Assembly: GCF_006345805.1 (NCBI RefSeq)
Contig: NC_042999.1
Location: forward strand, 130,634,001 to 130,698,000
Length of the DNA: 64,000 bases
DNA from: Octopus sinensis
Lineage: Eukaryota
Direction: 5' to 3'
This document shows, piece after piece, positions 37,453 to 51,260 of the stretch. A program made the position numbers and the translations under genes. The notes beneath the pieces are model-generated. The model was not told the origin of the DNA. It did not search any database and saw only the letters and a program-made list of their open reading frames with translations. Numbering within the stretch: the stretch's first letter is position 1; the number at the start of each line of letters is the position of its first letter.

Positions 37453-37663
37453 TGAAATAAAACGATTTCTGTTCAATCTGCGTTCAGCTCCATTTCTCAA
37501 TTCACCAATAAGTTTTAATTTCAATTATCCGCACCAACGCCACGGTTGCACGCAGATGGTTGTACCTCCAACGTGCTGTTTACTGCGTATTTTTGCTACT
37601 AAGGTACGGTTAAAATTTGATTAATCTACTACAAGATTATTCATCTTCTATTTCACATAATAC

Positions 37664-37718
<55 letters not shown>

Positions 37719-37736
37719 TATATATATATATATCTA

Positions 37737-37790
<54 letters not shown>

Positions 37791-37854
37791 TTATATATAT
37801 ATATATATATTATATATAATATATACTATATATATATATATATTATATATATAT

Positions 37855-37895
<41 letters not shown>

Positions 37896-37896
<1 letters not shown>

Positions 37897-38210
37897 GAGG
37901 CAATGGCTCAGTGGTTAGGGCAGCGGACTCGCGGTTGTAGGATCGCGGTTTCGATTCAGACCGGGCGTTGTGAGTGTTTATTGAGCGAAAACACCTAAAG
38001 CTCACGAGGCTCCGGCAGGGGGTGGTGGCGACCCCCTGCTGTACTCTTTCGCCACAACTTTCTCTCACTCTTTCTTCTGTTGGCCTGCTGCTCGCTTAGC
38101 CAGCGGGGGGGTGGCGTCATTTGAAGGCTAAAACAATGCGAAGCGCATTGTGGCAGCCAGCGATTGTGTAGCAACATATGATATAGCCTGGTCGGTCACG
38201 GTGATCACGA
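37896..38210 (+). mobile_element. tRNA-derived SINE (GGAGGCAATGGCTCAGTGGTTAGGG head)
   Basis: A box TGGCTCAGTGG, B box GGTTTCGATTC and a short tandem CACGGTGAT tail; sits in a TA/TG microsatellite. Confidence 0.85.
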
Positions 38211-38228
38211 TTATATATATATATTATA

Positions 38229-38269
<41 letters not shown>

Positions 38270-38280
38270 TATATATATAT

Positions 38281-39645
38281 ATACTAGCTAGTGTACCTGG
38301 TAATTCCCGGGGATAAAGATGTTCTATTGAAATTCCTTATTACTCTGATATTAAGAAAGCACGTTAGCACGCCGGGCGAAATGCGTATCCGTATTTCGTC
38401 TGCCGTTACGTTCTGAGTTCAAATTCCGCCGAGGTCGACTTTGCCTTTCACCCTTTCGGGGTCGATTAAATAAGTACCAGTTACGCACTGGGGTCGATAT
38501 AATCAACTTAATCCGTTTGTCTGTCCTTGATTGTCCTCTCTGTGTTTAGCCCCTTGTGGGTAGTAAAGAAATAGATATTAAGAAAGCGATTTCGTTATAA
38601 TTGCCACAAAAGGTATATCTTCCGTCACGAAAGAGTACAAAAACTGTCAACTGGAGGAGGGAGAGATTGTTGGAGTTTGGTGAGAAAGATTGTCGGAGGT
38701 TGGTGAGAGAAGTTTTCGGAGGTTGGCGAGAGGCAAATACATTATTCTGCTTAGCGAAGGCATCTAGGAAATGTATAAGTGCTGTCATTCACAGAAAACT
38801 ATTGTTTTACCGTGAGAAAAGCGCTGTGGGAATGTTAAGTGAAATTTGGCAATCGAGGATCGAGTTCACGCTATGCCTGCATGAATCCGCTATAAATACG
38901 TTATGGAATAAAAGATTTTTCAACTATCATGGAAAAAGTGTAACTGTAAAAATGCAGAATCATCAGAGTAATGGGAATTCAAAAAAGTGTATAGAAATGT
39001 ATGAATGAAGTCTTTAAGGTTTAAGACTCAAATTAAGGAAGTGTAATAATAAGGTTTAGCAGTTCAAAACTGTGAGTAGTGAAATACAGAATTAGGTCGG
39101 CTGATGGTGAAAATCAAATATTGATTGCTTCACTAAAATCTGTATGGTGGTATGGTTTATTTTCCTTGGGTTGTTTAAATAAAATATTAGTAATATGTAG
39201 TAGATAGAAGGATCCGTATTATCGATTTTTTTAACAGTCTATATCATGAGGTTTCCAGACATATATCATGAGGTTTCCAGTTCTACTCACGTGTCAGATA
39301 AAGTATAAAGGTGATATTGTCTGCAAAAATTAGAAATAGGACACAGAAAAAAATCAATATTCAAAGTAATCGAAGATAAACAATGAAATAGGTTTTTTCC
39401 CCTGAGTGTTTAAAAATATTGTACAGGTGCTATGGGTTATTTCCTTTGGGTGTTTAAAAAATAGTTATATGAAGTAGATATAAAGGTCCCTTCCAGATGC
39501 CGTATTATCAATTTTTTTCAACAATCTAAGTATGTCACGAGATTTCTAGTGTCAAGTTTCATCAAAATCCATAAAACGATGTAGGAGGCGTTAGCTAACA
39601 ACGCCACAAACAAACACACACCGATTTTCCACATATGTAGTATAT
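38281..39645 (+). mobile_element. non-autonomous Helentron/HINE (DINE-1/Lep1-like) element
   Basis: 5' ATACTAGC..CCTGGTAATTCCCGGG hairpin (same start at 22356-22385) and 3' AAGTTTCATCAAAATCC...ACAAACAAACACAC..TAGTATA. It is interrupted by a SINE. Confidence 0.55.
38361..38573 (+). mobile_element. SINE family A, 5'-truncated, nested
   Basis: Perfect 14-bp TSD GATATTAAGAAAGC (38347-38360 / 38574-38587). Confidence 0.92.
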
Positions 39646-39659
39646 ATATATATATATGC

Positions 39660-39815
39660 ACGCAGGTATGGCTGTGCGGGAAGAAGCTTGCTTCTCAACT
39701 ACATGGTTCTGGGTAGTCCCACTCCTTAGACAAATGTTTTCTACTATAGTCTCGGACTGACCAAAGCCTTGTGAGTGGATTTGGTAGAAGGAAACTGAGA
39801 GAAATTCGTCGCATA
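39660..39815 (+). mobile_element. SINE family B head
   Basis: GGCTGTGCGG..CATGGTTCTGGGT..CAAAGCCTTGTGAGTGGATTTGGTAG; other heads at ~12765-12905, 34610-34720 and 61465-61620. Confidence 0.8.
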
Positions 39816-39845
39816 TATACATATATGTGTGTGTGTGTGTGAGAG

Positions 39846-39888
<43 letters not shown>

Positions 39889-39975
39889 TGAGAGAGAGAG
39901 AGACAGCGAGAGAGAGAGAGACAGCGAGAGAGAGACAGCGAGAGAGAGAGACAGCGAGAGAGAGAGAGAGACAGC

Positions 39976-40007
<32 letters not shown>

Positions 40008-40065
40008 GAGAGGGGAGAGAGAGCGAGACGACAGCGAGAAGAGAGAGAGAGAAGAGAGAGAAGAG

Positions 40066-40109
<44 letters not shown>

Positions 40110-40112
<3 letters not shown>

Positions 40113-41038
40113 GTGTCGCCTTGGAAAGTGTCTTAAAACGGCTTGAGTTGGATGTACCTCTCAATCATGTCATAAGTACTGGACCAACGGGTCTTATTTC
40201 TTTGTATAGTATGGCAAGGCGTTTTTTCTCGAAGTTTACCCGTAAATTTTAATGGTTTTAGCTTGCCCACCAACATATTAATTTTATCTAGCAAAATTTC
40301 CTGTTAGTCGAGATAAGCAGAAACAGCTAGATTGAATTTATGAGAGGCACATCCATCAATGGTATTCTACACAGATTCGCTATTGATTTGTTCACTTCAG
40401 TACTATCCCTTGTAATAGCTACAGAATTTTCTAAATTTTTGTTTTAGACATTTAACACATACTCTATAAATTCGACATAATCATAAGCAGTGTTTCACTT
40501 ACTATTGGCGAAAACGCCAATTAAAACAGTACAGTAATCATTCGGTTAATTGTACGAATAAGATGCAAAAGTCCAACGAAATGCGTCGAACCCTTAGTCC
40601 AACCGTCGATTACCAACGAAAATTTACTTGGAAGTTCATCAGATATTTTCTTTTCCACTTCTTGAATAAGTTTCTCCATGTATTTCTTTAAGGTCACATT
40701 TGTCATACTTCTCACATTTGTGTACTTACGAGTCAGTGGGTATTCAGTAAAGGAAAATGGTTTTAAGCCAACACATACCCACTCAATCCAACCATAAACA
40801 TTTAAGGCTGAGCGGCCGACCAAACTACTTCTTGGTGAAAGAAAACTCGATAAAGATGGTTCTCCAGTTGCTTGTGTTGTAGAATACTCTGGATGCTGTT
40901 ATTTTATATATGATTCATAAGATTTATCCACCCAGTGTTTTTCTAGATCAACTTTTTTCCATACTTGCATTTCCATACATGTTCATTGGTTGTTTGGTTA
41001 AAATATTTTCTAACGATTTGTTCGTTTTCATGTGGCAT
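40110..41038 (-). pseudogene. hAT transposase remnant with BED-type zinc finger
   Basis: Minus strand: WKCK..TGWINLMNHI..QHP (BED-like), YGWIEWV, KFSLVIDGWT (first catalytic D), GCASHKFNLAV (CxxH) and RNKTRWSSTYDMIERY. Stops and frameshifts are present, and it is truncated at a (GA)n tract. Confidence 0.9.
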
Positions 41039-41193
41039 GGGTTAGTTTAAAATTAAAAAAATATTTCGCCACAGTTTAAAATAAAAAATATTTCGCCACT
41101 CCACTGATGAAAGTCTGATTCAGTTAATATGTTGGAGCGAAATTCAAGATACAACCGCGTTGCAGGCGAAGTTGCGATTTAATGACTTGCTAA

Positions 41194-41510
41194 CAGAATG
41201 TGAATTATTCTCGGCAGTCAGAACCAAGAATCACTCGACAGTGATTATTTGACAACATACATAATAGCCAATTCCCAAACACGACAGAATGTTTGAATCA
41301 TTCTCGGCTGTCCTAACCAAGCGTTAACATTCGACTGTGGTTATTTGACAATATATAAAATAGCCAATTCCCAAACATGATAGAATGTGTATCAGTCTCA
41401 GCAGTCCGAATCAAGCATACACAATAATCAACATACCCAATAGTCAATTCCTAAGCACGACAGAATGTGTGAATCATTCTCAGCAATCAGAACAAAACGT
41501 TAACACAATA
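41194..41510. repeat. ~90-bp degenerate tandem repeat (about 3.5 copies), probably hAT subterminal
   Basis: Recurrent ACAGAATGT..ATTCTCGGCAGTC..AATAGCCAATTCCCAAACACG units directly upstream of the hAT ORF. Confidence 0.75.
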
Positions 41511-41645
41511 CCTCGAATAATAATAGAACACTGCATTTGCCAATTGAACGTCGAATGATGTATGAGCCATTTGAAAAACTTTCGCCGACATTGTAATTAT
41601 ACTAATGTGTCCATCTGTTCTAATTTAATTAAATTCTATGTCTTT

Positions 41646-41734
41646 GTGCAGCTGAAGATTGCTCTACATTTTAAATTGATGTAATGATTGGATTGTTCAA
41701 TTAAATGGAGTTGCATGAAACGATCGTACTGCAT
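41646..41734 (+). ncRNA. minimal hammerhead ribozyme with extended stem II
   Basis: TGCAG/CTGCA stem I, CTGAAGA at 41652-41658, a long stem II (TGC/GCA, CTC/GAG, CATTT/AAATG, AATTGA/TCAATT), GAAAC at 41717-41721 and palindromic ACGATCGT. GUA cleavage after 41728. Confidence 0.85.
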
Positions 41735-41787
41735 TACCTATGGATATCCTTGATGCTTATTTTGATATATATATAGATATATTATAT

Positions 41788-41892
<105 letters not shown>

Positions 41893-42689
41893 TAGAACAA
41901 ATGGACACATTAGTATAATTATGCCTAAAATCTCCAAGAAGTTAAAGAGATAGACAAAGAACATGTCGCTACTTCAGCATAGAAGTACTAAAATTATCAA
42001 GAAGACTCTGCTTGTCACTGATTTTTTGTCTTTATGGGGTTAGTTTTAATTTATAGACTAGTTTATCAAATCCCTTGTATACCTAAGGCTGAGGGGCAGT
42101 ATCTGTTCGGGGTAGGGCTTAGGGAGTTGACTGACATTCTAGTTGGTATAGTCATAAAGCATACATACATATATACATACATACACACATACATACATAC
42201 AAGTATTGTATGTGTTTACCTGTAAAACAAGTAACAAGTTAAACCAAATGCATAGTGTCAATTTATCAATAAATAGCTTTCATTGTATTAGACACGTTGA
42301 TAAATTTAAGCTTATCTAAGCATGAAACATTAAATAAAAAAAACTGAACAAATGTTGCTTTTATAACTATGTGAGGGTATTGTTATATGTGTAGTCATAT
42401 GAAAATTATTACACAAAACACACATACACACACACACACATGCGAACGCACACGCGCGTCCTATTTATACAAACCAGGATTAAAACTGCTTTCCAAGCGC
42501 CTTTATCATACTTTATGTAAATATTACAAAAACGTACATTATCTCGTCATTTTTTGGTGTGTAATTTTAGATTACATTGACCAATGTTTCCTTTCCTAAT
42601 TGAAGTTGTCAGAGTGTGAATTATGGAGAAATTGGTTGCTGCTTCAGTGTGTGCGTCCGTTGGCGTTGACTCAAAGTAAACTTGGTACT

Positions 42690-42860
42690 TGTTTAGCTCC
42701 AGATCAGCCTTGATCGAGCAGACCTCTGATGAAAGGCATTCCAGTTGTAACAATCCCTTCTTTTTCGATATCATTGTCCAATATATCTTCTTATGGTGTG
42801 ATTTGAGGGAGATTTGGTGGCTATTTTCTGTCTGTCGTGCGACCTCCTTCAAGAAGCCCC
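42690..42860 (+). mobile_element. old interspersed repeat, family D
   Basis: TGTTTAGCTCCAGATCAGCCTTGATCGAGCAGACC..GTGTGATTTGAGGGAGATTTGG. Diverged copies lie near 20760, 26510, 28300, 30290, 30520, 44920, 45390, 47820 and 54310. Confidence 0.7.
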
Positions 42861-42987
42861 CTCGTTGAACACCGGGGCCAGCCGACATACATTAATGTTT
42901 GGGGAAATATTGTTGGGTTGCAATATAACATGCAAATCAGACGATAATCATATTCTCCCTCTCTCTTCTTTCCTTTCTTTCTTTCTC

Positions 42988-43058
<71 letters not shown>

Positions 43059-43066
43059 CTCTCCCC

Positions 43067-43216
<150 letters not shown>

Positions 43217-44101
43217 GTTTGTCTACCTTTCTGTTTATGTGTGTGAGTATACTTCTCTTTATATGTATGAGGAGAGGAAAGGTGTTTATACCACTCGTAT
43301 TCAATAAATGACTTGTAATGTCTTTTTCCTCCTCCTTCTCCCTCCCCTCTCTCTGTTTCTCTCCCTCTCTCATACACACACACACTCTTTTTTATCTATA
43401 TGTGTATATTCCGGCGCGCCTGTAAGTGTGTGTATGTTTGCCTCTAGGGCCAAAAAGTACTTTCCCCAAAACAGGGTTAGTATCCGTGTCAAATCACCAG
43501 CATCTAAACAGCCGCGCCCAGTTGTCTCATTCCACTATTCGATTATACCCACCCCCACCTCTCACAAATTAATGCCCTTGTGCCAGTTTGAAAAAAAAAA
43601 AAAAGAAAAGAAACTTATGCTGCCCACTAAATTCGCCATATTCATATTTCCTTCAAGAGTGGCAAGCCGGCAAAATCGTTAACGCGTCAGAAAAAATGCT
43701 TTGTGGTGTTTCTTCCGTCTCTTTATGTTCTGTGTTCAAATTCCGCTGAAGTACAATTTTGCTTTTCATCCTTTGGAGGAAAGGGTACAGCAATGAAATA
43801 AAGTAACTTAGGTCGATGGTATCGACTAATTCCTATACCCAAGTTGCTGGCTTTGTGCCCCATTAATTTTACTTTCTACAACAGGCACAAGGTCTTAAAG
43901 TTTGGGGGAGGGCGCTAGTCGATTACATCGACCCCAGTGCTGAACTGATACTTATTTTTATCGACTCCGAAATAATGAAAGGCAAACTCGACCTCCGCGA
44001 AATTTGAACTCAGAACGTAAAGCCGGAAGAAATGTTGCTAATCATTTTGTCCGGTGTGCTAACGATTCTGCTAGCTGCCGTCTTCTTTGTGCCGAAATTA
44101 G

Positions 44102-44503
44102 TGTAGGCGCATTATCCCACTTGACAGCGAGTAAACAAGCTGGCTATGCAGATATAGAGGGCGTTACACAACATTAAGGTTCAGACACGTGACCTCATCT
44201 CTTCCTCTTTTCTGCATGGATACGCAAGCTATGAGGACGCAACTTGACTGGCTCTGTCTTATGCTACGGGCCAGCTTGCAGAAAGGAGCATAGCACAGAA
44301 GACCATGACCTTTACACACTTACCATTCTATTTATCATTCCATTGTGTATATACGTGTGGTTACAGTAAACGTGTTTAAGTTACAACCTTGCTTGTGTGT
44401 GATCTTCATCCGGGTTTACTACCAGTGTGATTACAGCCTTCTGAGAGTCATATTAGGCGGCTCAATAACAACCTGTACCATCTAAATTAGAAACCGCATA
44501 ACA
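44102..44503 (+). mobile_element. candidate solo LTR
   Basis: TGTAGGCG...CGCATAACA termini; the 3' half is homologous to 1382-1542. Confidence 0.45.
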
Positions 44504-46310
44504 CAATTTCTGCAAGTTCACTGCATCCAGATTTTGTAGTGTGTTCAGTAAGCTGGAAATAGTAAAGAAGGACATTTAACTTTAAATGGTTTAATGAAGT
44601 AAACTAATCTCCAGAAGAATGCGACAGATCTAACACACCAGCCAGTTTAACAATATTAGCCTGTCCTTGGGTGCCTTTAGTAGAATGCACTTTGTTGCAA
44701 ACACTCGAATCTCACTCCCGATTCCATCTTCGTACACGTTTTTCCTGCGGGTATTTACCTGTGGTGGATTGATCAGACAGGGCATCGGCCATCTCATTCT
44801 CACTAGTCTTGGGCCAGCAGAGAACATATGCACTGTCCTTCCTTCTTTGACTAAATTGAAATAAAATTCACCTTTGTTTCAGTCAATATAAATAGACAGA
44901 AATGTTTTCGCCTCGCATATGTTGTTGTTTAGCTCCACGTCAGCTGTGATTGAGTAGACCTATTATAAAAGACGTTCCATCCGTAACCATACCGTTATTT
45001 TTTACTAAGCGTAGACTATCCCTGACTACATTATACAATGAGTCCTTTTTTTTAAAGACTGTCGGATTTGATTTGAGACAGATTACGCCACCCGTTGGCT
45101 CGAGTGTATGTTGAATATACTTCTGAGTGACGTAATACTACTGAATATTTTTCTTCTACTTCTTTTTCTTCTTTCAATTTTTTTTCCTTTCGCTTCTTTT
45201 CTTTCTTTTATGCTTGCTATGAAGTTAGTCCGCATGTATTTATAATGTGCATGTATGTTTTTCTTGTGTCTGTACACTACAGATAATGTGTAGCCAACAG
45301 ATCGTGCAGTACCTCCTACTACTCGGTACCTCGTCCCTCTCTTACACACATTGTATATGCAAGCCGTATTCACACAAAACTATAGCTGTTGTTTAGTTCT
45401 AGCTCAGCTCTCAGCAGACACTTATGATCAAAAGCATTCCAGCTTCGACCATCCCGTCTTTTTCTCAATATAGTCTAATTTATTTTTCCTGTTATAGGAC
45501 GATAAAGTATGAGTCTGGCTCCTATTATTAGCAAGCCAAGCGCATTGGCTATGTATACATTCTAAACCATTATTTTCTCAATGTTAAGTCAACTTTATAA
45601 TTTCTCATAGATATTTTTTCTTGCAGTAATCTAAAGCTTTTCACTGTTATTAATCTGACTTTACTCTCTTCTTTTTCCCAATAGTTTCTTTTTAACTTGT
45701 AATGCTTGTATATCATGTTTACTGGTGAGAGAGTGTATATGAGTGCAGTGTTTGTATAATTGCTTTATACACATGCTTCATTGTATTTCTCCGCTCTTTA
45801 ACTGTTTTTTTTTGTTTTTTTTTTTTGTTTTTTTCCTCTTTTTTAATAGTATGTTCTCATACCACCACCTCAACCCCACCAGTAACGCTTCATTACCACA
45901 ATCACCCTTACACCCATCACGTCTGAAACTCCACCTCCTCTATTGCTTTAAAGTCACTGCTACCTTTACTATTAAGCTCCCGTCACCCTATCACCTATCT
46001 CGTCGCCACTACCGCAATGCTAATACCAGTTGTCAGGCTTACCGCCGCGGCATATGCCATCACCACCATTCTGCCTGCTCCATTAGCTTATCTCCGCACG
46101 TCACTCTTCTCAGTTGTACAAGTGATATTACAAAGAAAGTGATAAGTCAGTTTAGAAAAGACATACAGCTGCAACTAATATCTGCCAAACACTTGATATC
46201 TTTCTCTTCCTGCCGTAGTACATTGTTAATTCAGACGCATATCGACCATCTATTTACATGTCCATACAACTACCATCGCGTGCCGTTGTCAATGCTTGCT
46301 AACAACTTTC

Positions 46311-47344
46311 TGTTGAAAGGAAAATGGCAACCATCTCTCACGCTCGTAGTAAATAAAAACAGACAAACAAGACTTAAGTAAAAACGACATAAGAAAAATG
46401 TTTGATTTTATTATTTATCTCCATGTTTATATTGTGTTTGTGGCAATGCTCCGTGTCGAAGACGAACTTCCCACTGCTCATGCACGCTTTGGCATTTGAG
46501 CTACTTCTGACTACGTAAGTTAGTTAGAATTGTGGAGAGACATTTCGTCCGAAATGACACACAAGAAAGCTGAGTCTGTATACACGGATGGTGTTACTGT
46601 TATGCTGTCGGACTATTCGGTACTATACAGAAAGAATATGAAGTAACAGGAGTACTAACCAACTTGGACAAACCTGTAGTCTTTTATTGTAAACTCGACA
46701 TCCAGAGAGAGAAGTCCATGGTCTATCGCTGGGCTGAGGAACCCATTTAGGTGCTTGGACCTAATTCTGACCAGAACTGCAGGTGAGTAGGCACTAGAAT
46801 GAGTAGAGTGGTCAGCTTTATCTAGGAATGTTCAGAGAAGAAGCGCTCCAGAAAAGATCGGGCAGCAGTGGCCACGCTTACAGCATCTATATAATATAGC
46901 CTTGCTCCAGGTTGCATCTAAGCAGAACGCTTGCTCTTTCGTTTATTGTGGAAGGGGACATTTTTCTGCTGGTCAGAATGTTCGTCTGCTGCTAACAGCT
47001 TCTACACTGTCTTTTCTATGGCTCCTACGTTAGCCTGTACTCCACTTAACTATATGGTCTCAGGTTACGGCTCTCCAAGCCTTCTCTACTCACCCGTTGG
47101 ACGTGGCAGCAAGTCTTTGATGTATAACAAAAAAGGAGAGAGAGTTTGGGACAAAATTAGACTCTGATGCACGTCAGAGTTGATGGAATATAAAACAGAA
47201 AGAGCTCCGTCGACACACAGCGATAATGTAAGGAAACTACCGATCCAAAAACGAGGCGAGTGGAGCTCACAGGCACGAGGTTTTGATAGGAGATTCGCAT
47301 ATCAGTCATAGCCGAAAGTTTTATTTATGTCGAGTGCGACAACA
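46311..47344 (-). mobile_element. candidate solo LTR (~1 kb)
   Basis: TGTTG...CAACA inverted termini. The minus strand has a TATA-like motif (~46890) and AATAAA (~46410) in the expected order. No exact TSD. Confidence 0.45.
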
Positions 47345-47518
47345 TTGCTTTCACCAAATTTCACCATTGATAGTTTATAAGGGGAGAGTAGGTAACCAGT
47401 AGATCTGGCTACGGAAATCAGACAGGTGGTCGTTAAGAATAAAATTAGATTTAGTGATAACAAAGAAAGTTGGTTTGTCGTAAAAACAGGCAGTTAAGGA
47501 TATTTACTGATGGAAGTA

Positions 47519-47732
47519 CGAAGGGATGCTGAAAAGTTCCTGACTTTGGGTAAAAGAAAATACAAGAGCAGCAGTTAGTTATGGTTTTATTCGACGTATT
47601 CCCCCCTCAGATCACGTATTTATTGCAGCGGTCCTTCAGTTTTCTAAGCCCTGTTGAAGAACTCGGAATGTTGAGCCTCCAGCCAGGCCTTTCGCGATTC
47701 CATTGAAGCCAGGAACTTTTCAGCATTCCTCG
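47519..47732 (-). mobile_element. mariner-derived MITE
   Basis: TA-flanked TIRs CGAAGGGATGCTGAAAAGTTCCTG / CAGGAACTTTTCAGCATTCCTCG; inverted homologue of 22945-23161. Confidence 0.85.
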
Positions 47733-48905
47733 TAGTTAAGAACAGTGAATGCATCAGCTTCTATGCCAGTGATGTCGGTGAGTGAAGAGTAAGCTGCCTG
47801 TAAGGCATTGTATGTACTGAAGCTGTTTAGCTCCAGATCAGCCCAAATCGAGTAGACTTATGAACAAAAGATGTTCTAGCCGTTACCGTCCGATTTTATT
47901 CCTCTCGGACTAAATTATCTAGAGCTTCATTTCGTTCTAAAACGGTGAAGTATGATTTGGAGTTCAGAGAGTGACAGAGACAACAGATACTCTTAAGGGA
48001 GATGAGGAAAAGAAACTTTGAGCCCAAACAACTAGAATTCTTTGTTGGTGATATAAGTTAAGATGGATGGATGGATGGATGGATGGATGGATGGATAGAT
48101 GGATGGATGAAAAATAGAATTTCTGTAAGCACATATAAAAACCTTTCAGAAAGTTTGAATATGGCAGATGGCCTGGTCAATAGAAACCGTTTAGAGAGAC
48201 AAGGTGAAGTATTTCTGGAAGAATAAGATTTGAGGTTTGTTTCTGTTAATAGACGATAGTGGGTGAGATGAAGTTTTCACTGAAGTTCACAGACATTACT
48301 GTAGAGGCGGGATTTGATTATGATTATGTCTGTTCAGGCACAAACGATTCGTAATATGTGTATTGGTATATATGCTTTTATATTTACACACCCACATGCG
48401 CGCGCATACTCTCGCATACATGTTCTTACGTGTATGTAAATAAACATGTTTATGTGTTAGTGTGTGCATGTTTACTCATACATTTATGTCTACTATGCAT
48501 AAGTGTAAATGTATTTGCGTTCGTACGCCTTTGCACACGCGCTCTTTGTGTATCTGTATAGTTCAGATGTGTATATTTAGTTTTGAAGACTGTTTATCAG
48601 TAAACTTTACCCCAGATCTCAAGTACTTCTAGTTAAATAGACAAATAGGTTACTTTCACTTCGACTGAGACAGCTGTTTACTGGAACTATTAAAAATTCC
48701 TTTATTTCTGCACGACGGTCTCATGACATGAGTTACTTAGAAAACAAATGGAATTGAAAGTAATTGAGAAATCCAACGATCTGGAGCTAAACAGCTTCAA
48801 TACATACAACTGAGGTTGCTGTGCTGGATGTGAATCTTATCTAACTTAACTGTTGTGTGTGTGTGTTTGTGTGTGTTTGTGTGAGTGAGTGAGTGTGTGT
48901 GTGTG

Positions 48906-48953
<48 letters not shown>

Positions 48954-49082
48954 GTGTGTGCGTGCGCGTGCGTGTGTATCCACATTTATTTAATTCTATT
49001 ATTCGTTTAAAGATTATAACGAGCTGGCTGACTTCCTTTACATACATACATACCAACATACATACATATGTGTGTGTGTGTA

Positions 49083-49118
<36 letters not shown>

Positions 49119-50018
49119 TGTATGTATGTGTGTATGTATGTGTGTATATATATAGCTCTAATTGTATTATTCTTTTTCAAGTGTTTGACGAACCGGCTGA
49201 CCTGCTTTATATACGTATTGGAACAGTGGATCTCGGAGGCATATAAAACTGTAGAAAAAGTTGAAGGCTGCCTGTGGGACTGGAACCCACATCTCCTGTA
49301 GACGTGACAGGGCTTTTCTATCCAAAAGGGTTTCTCAACCCAATATTTACAAGTTATTATTAATAGCTATATGTGCTGAGCAAAATGCTTAGCGGCATTT
49401 AGTCAGTTTGTAAGTTCTGAGTTCAAAATCCGTCAGAGTTGACTATGCCTTTCATCTTTTCGGAGTGTGGCCTTGTGCTAAATTTTGAAACCCTTATTTA
49501 TAGCTATATGTATGTGGTTCGAGATCCACTATTCCAAAAAAAGAAAAAGAGTTCTTTCACATTTTCTCGAATGTTTATGAATTCTTATGAGGTGAACAAT
49601 ATATATATATATATTAATAACTATAGAAGACTGGTGGAAATATTGTCTGTATGGACTTCATGGGCTAGGTTGCTACGTAGTTAGATGGTTTAGGAGTTAG
49701 TTATAGGTTTACTTATTGAATTTATTTCCCGATACTGCTTTTGTACATAAGGTAAATGTGTTTCTTTCTAGTAGTTTAATTAATAATGTGAGTGTTTAAT
49801 CCTTCCTAGAATTAATATTGAATGAATGTGGTGATATCTAAGGTATGTTTGTTCCCAAACAACACTTATATAAGTGCTGTTGACACCGCCAGATTGAATA
49901 GTACTGCCCAGGTATCAAAACCATAGTGATATCTATGGGGCAGCTGATGATGGAGGTATGTTGGATTGTTGGTATGGCTGTTATTGTATATGCAGAATAG
50001 TTTTATAACATATCCATT

Positions 50019-50072
<54 letters not shown>

Positions 50073-50097
50073 TATATATAGATAGATAGATAGATAT

Positions 50098-50144
<47 letters not shown>

Positions 50145-50232
50145 CACACATACATGTATACGTACATATATACATACCTTCACACACTCATATATAGATA
50201 GATGGATGGATGGATGGGTGGTTGGATGGACG

Positions 50233-50338
<106 letters not shown>

Positions 50339-50624
50339 AAGAAAGATCGATATAAATTGGGGAATAGCATTTTATTTGGAGCAGTTTAACAATCAGGAAA
50401 TATGGCAGGCTGTTTCCCAAGGAATATTCTCTGGTGACCGATCCGACTGAAAGCCAGGAAAGGTGGTTTATGGTTCTATAATTGTTTTCTCAGCTAAGTT
50501 TCACAAAGACATTTATATTTTGGTAAACGGGACTACTATGGAATTTTATGAGTTTTATTCGAGAAGACATTTATTGCTCTTTAGGTAAAAGAACCGAAAC
50601 AGGTCATATGTTTGATATAAAAGT

Positions 50625-50680
<56 letters not shown>

Positions 50681-50794
50681 GGTAAATTGAATTATTCAGG
50701 GTCACGAGTAGCGTGAGAGATGTGTGTTGGTTTGTCGTCTGTAGTCGATGGTTTATGTGTATCTGTGTGTGTATCTGTGTGTGTGTGTGTGTGT

Positions 50795-50862
<68 letters not shown>

Positions 50863-51048
50863 TGTAGTTTAACCATAAAGGTAGCGACGATTTACTATTT
50901 TGGTGTGTACTTTTTGAGATCCCTGAAATACTTTAGGCATAGGCGTGGTTGTGTATATAAATTGTAGATATAATTTGGGGAATAGCATGGTTCTGGGTTC
51001 AGAAGTTCGTAACAACTTTTTATAGTATACTTATTATAGGCACATGGA

Positions 51049-51260
51049 AGGCGGCGAGCTGGCAGAAATGTTAGCACGCCGGGCGAAATGCGTAGCCGTA
51101 TTTCGTCTACCGTTACGTTCTGAGTTCAAATTCCGCCGAGGTCGACTTTGCCTTTCATTCTTTCGGGGTCGATTAAATAAGTACCAGTTACGCATTGGGG
51201 TCGATATAATCGACTTAATCCGTTTGTCTGTCCTTGTTTGTCCTCTCTGTGTTTAGCCCC
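51049..51260 (+). mobile_element. SINE family A, young copy followed by a partial tandem copy
   Basis: GGCGGCGAGCTGGCAGAAATGTTAGCACGCCGGGCG head, B box GAGTTCAAATTCC; a second partial unit at 51261-51375. Confidence 0.9.

Larger units (their letters stand above)
36972..37665 (+). mobile_element. Penelope-like element: inverted pLTR pair (540-bp palindrome) in (TA)n
   Basis: 36972-37276 is the near-perfect reverse complement of 37281-37511, apart from a ~70-bp tandem duplication in the left arm. The right arm continues to 37665, each arm carries a hammerhead, and (TA)n lies on both sides. Confidence 0.8.

Noticed and set aside
41194-41510. CRISPR-like array
   Set aside because: Whole units are similar with no unique spacers, the context is eukaryotic and there are no cas genes.
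45743-46381. 212-aa ORF
   Set aside because: Non-ATG start, low complexity, no recognisable domain, and it runs into a candidate LTR.
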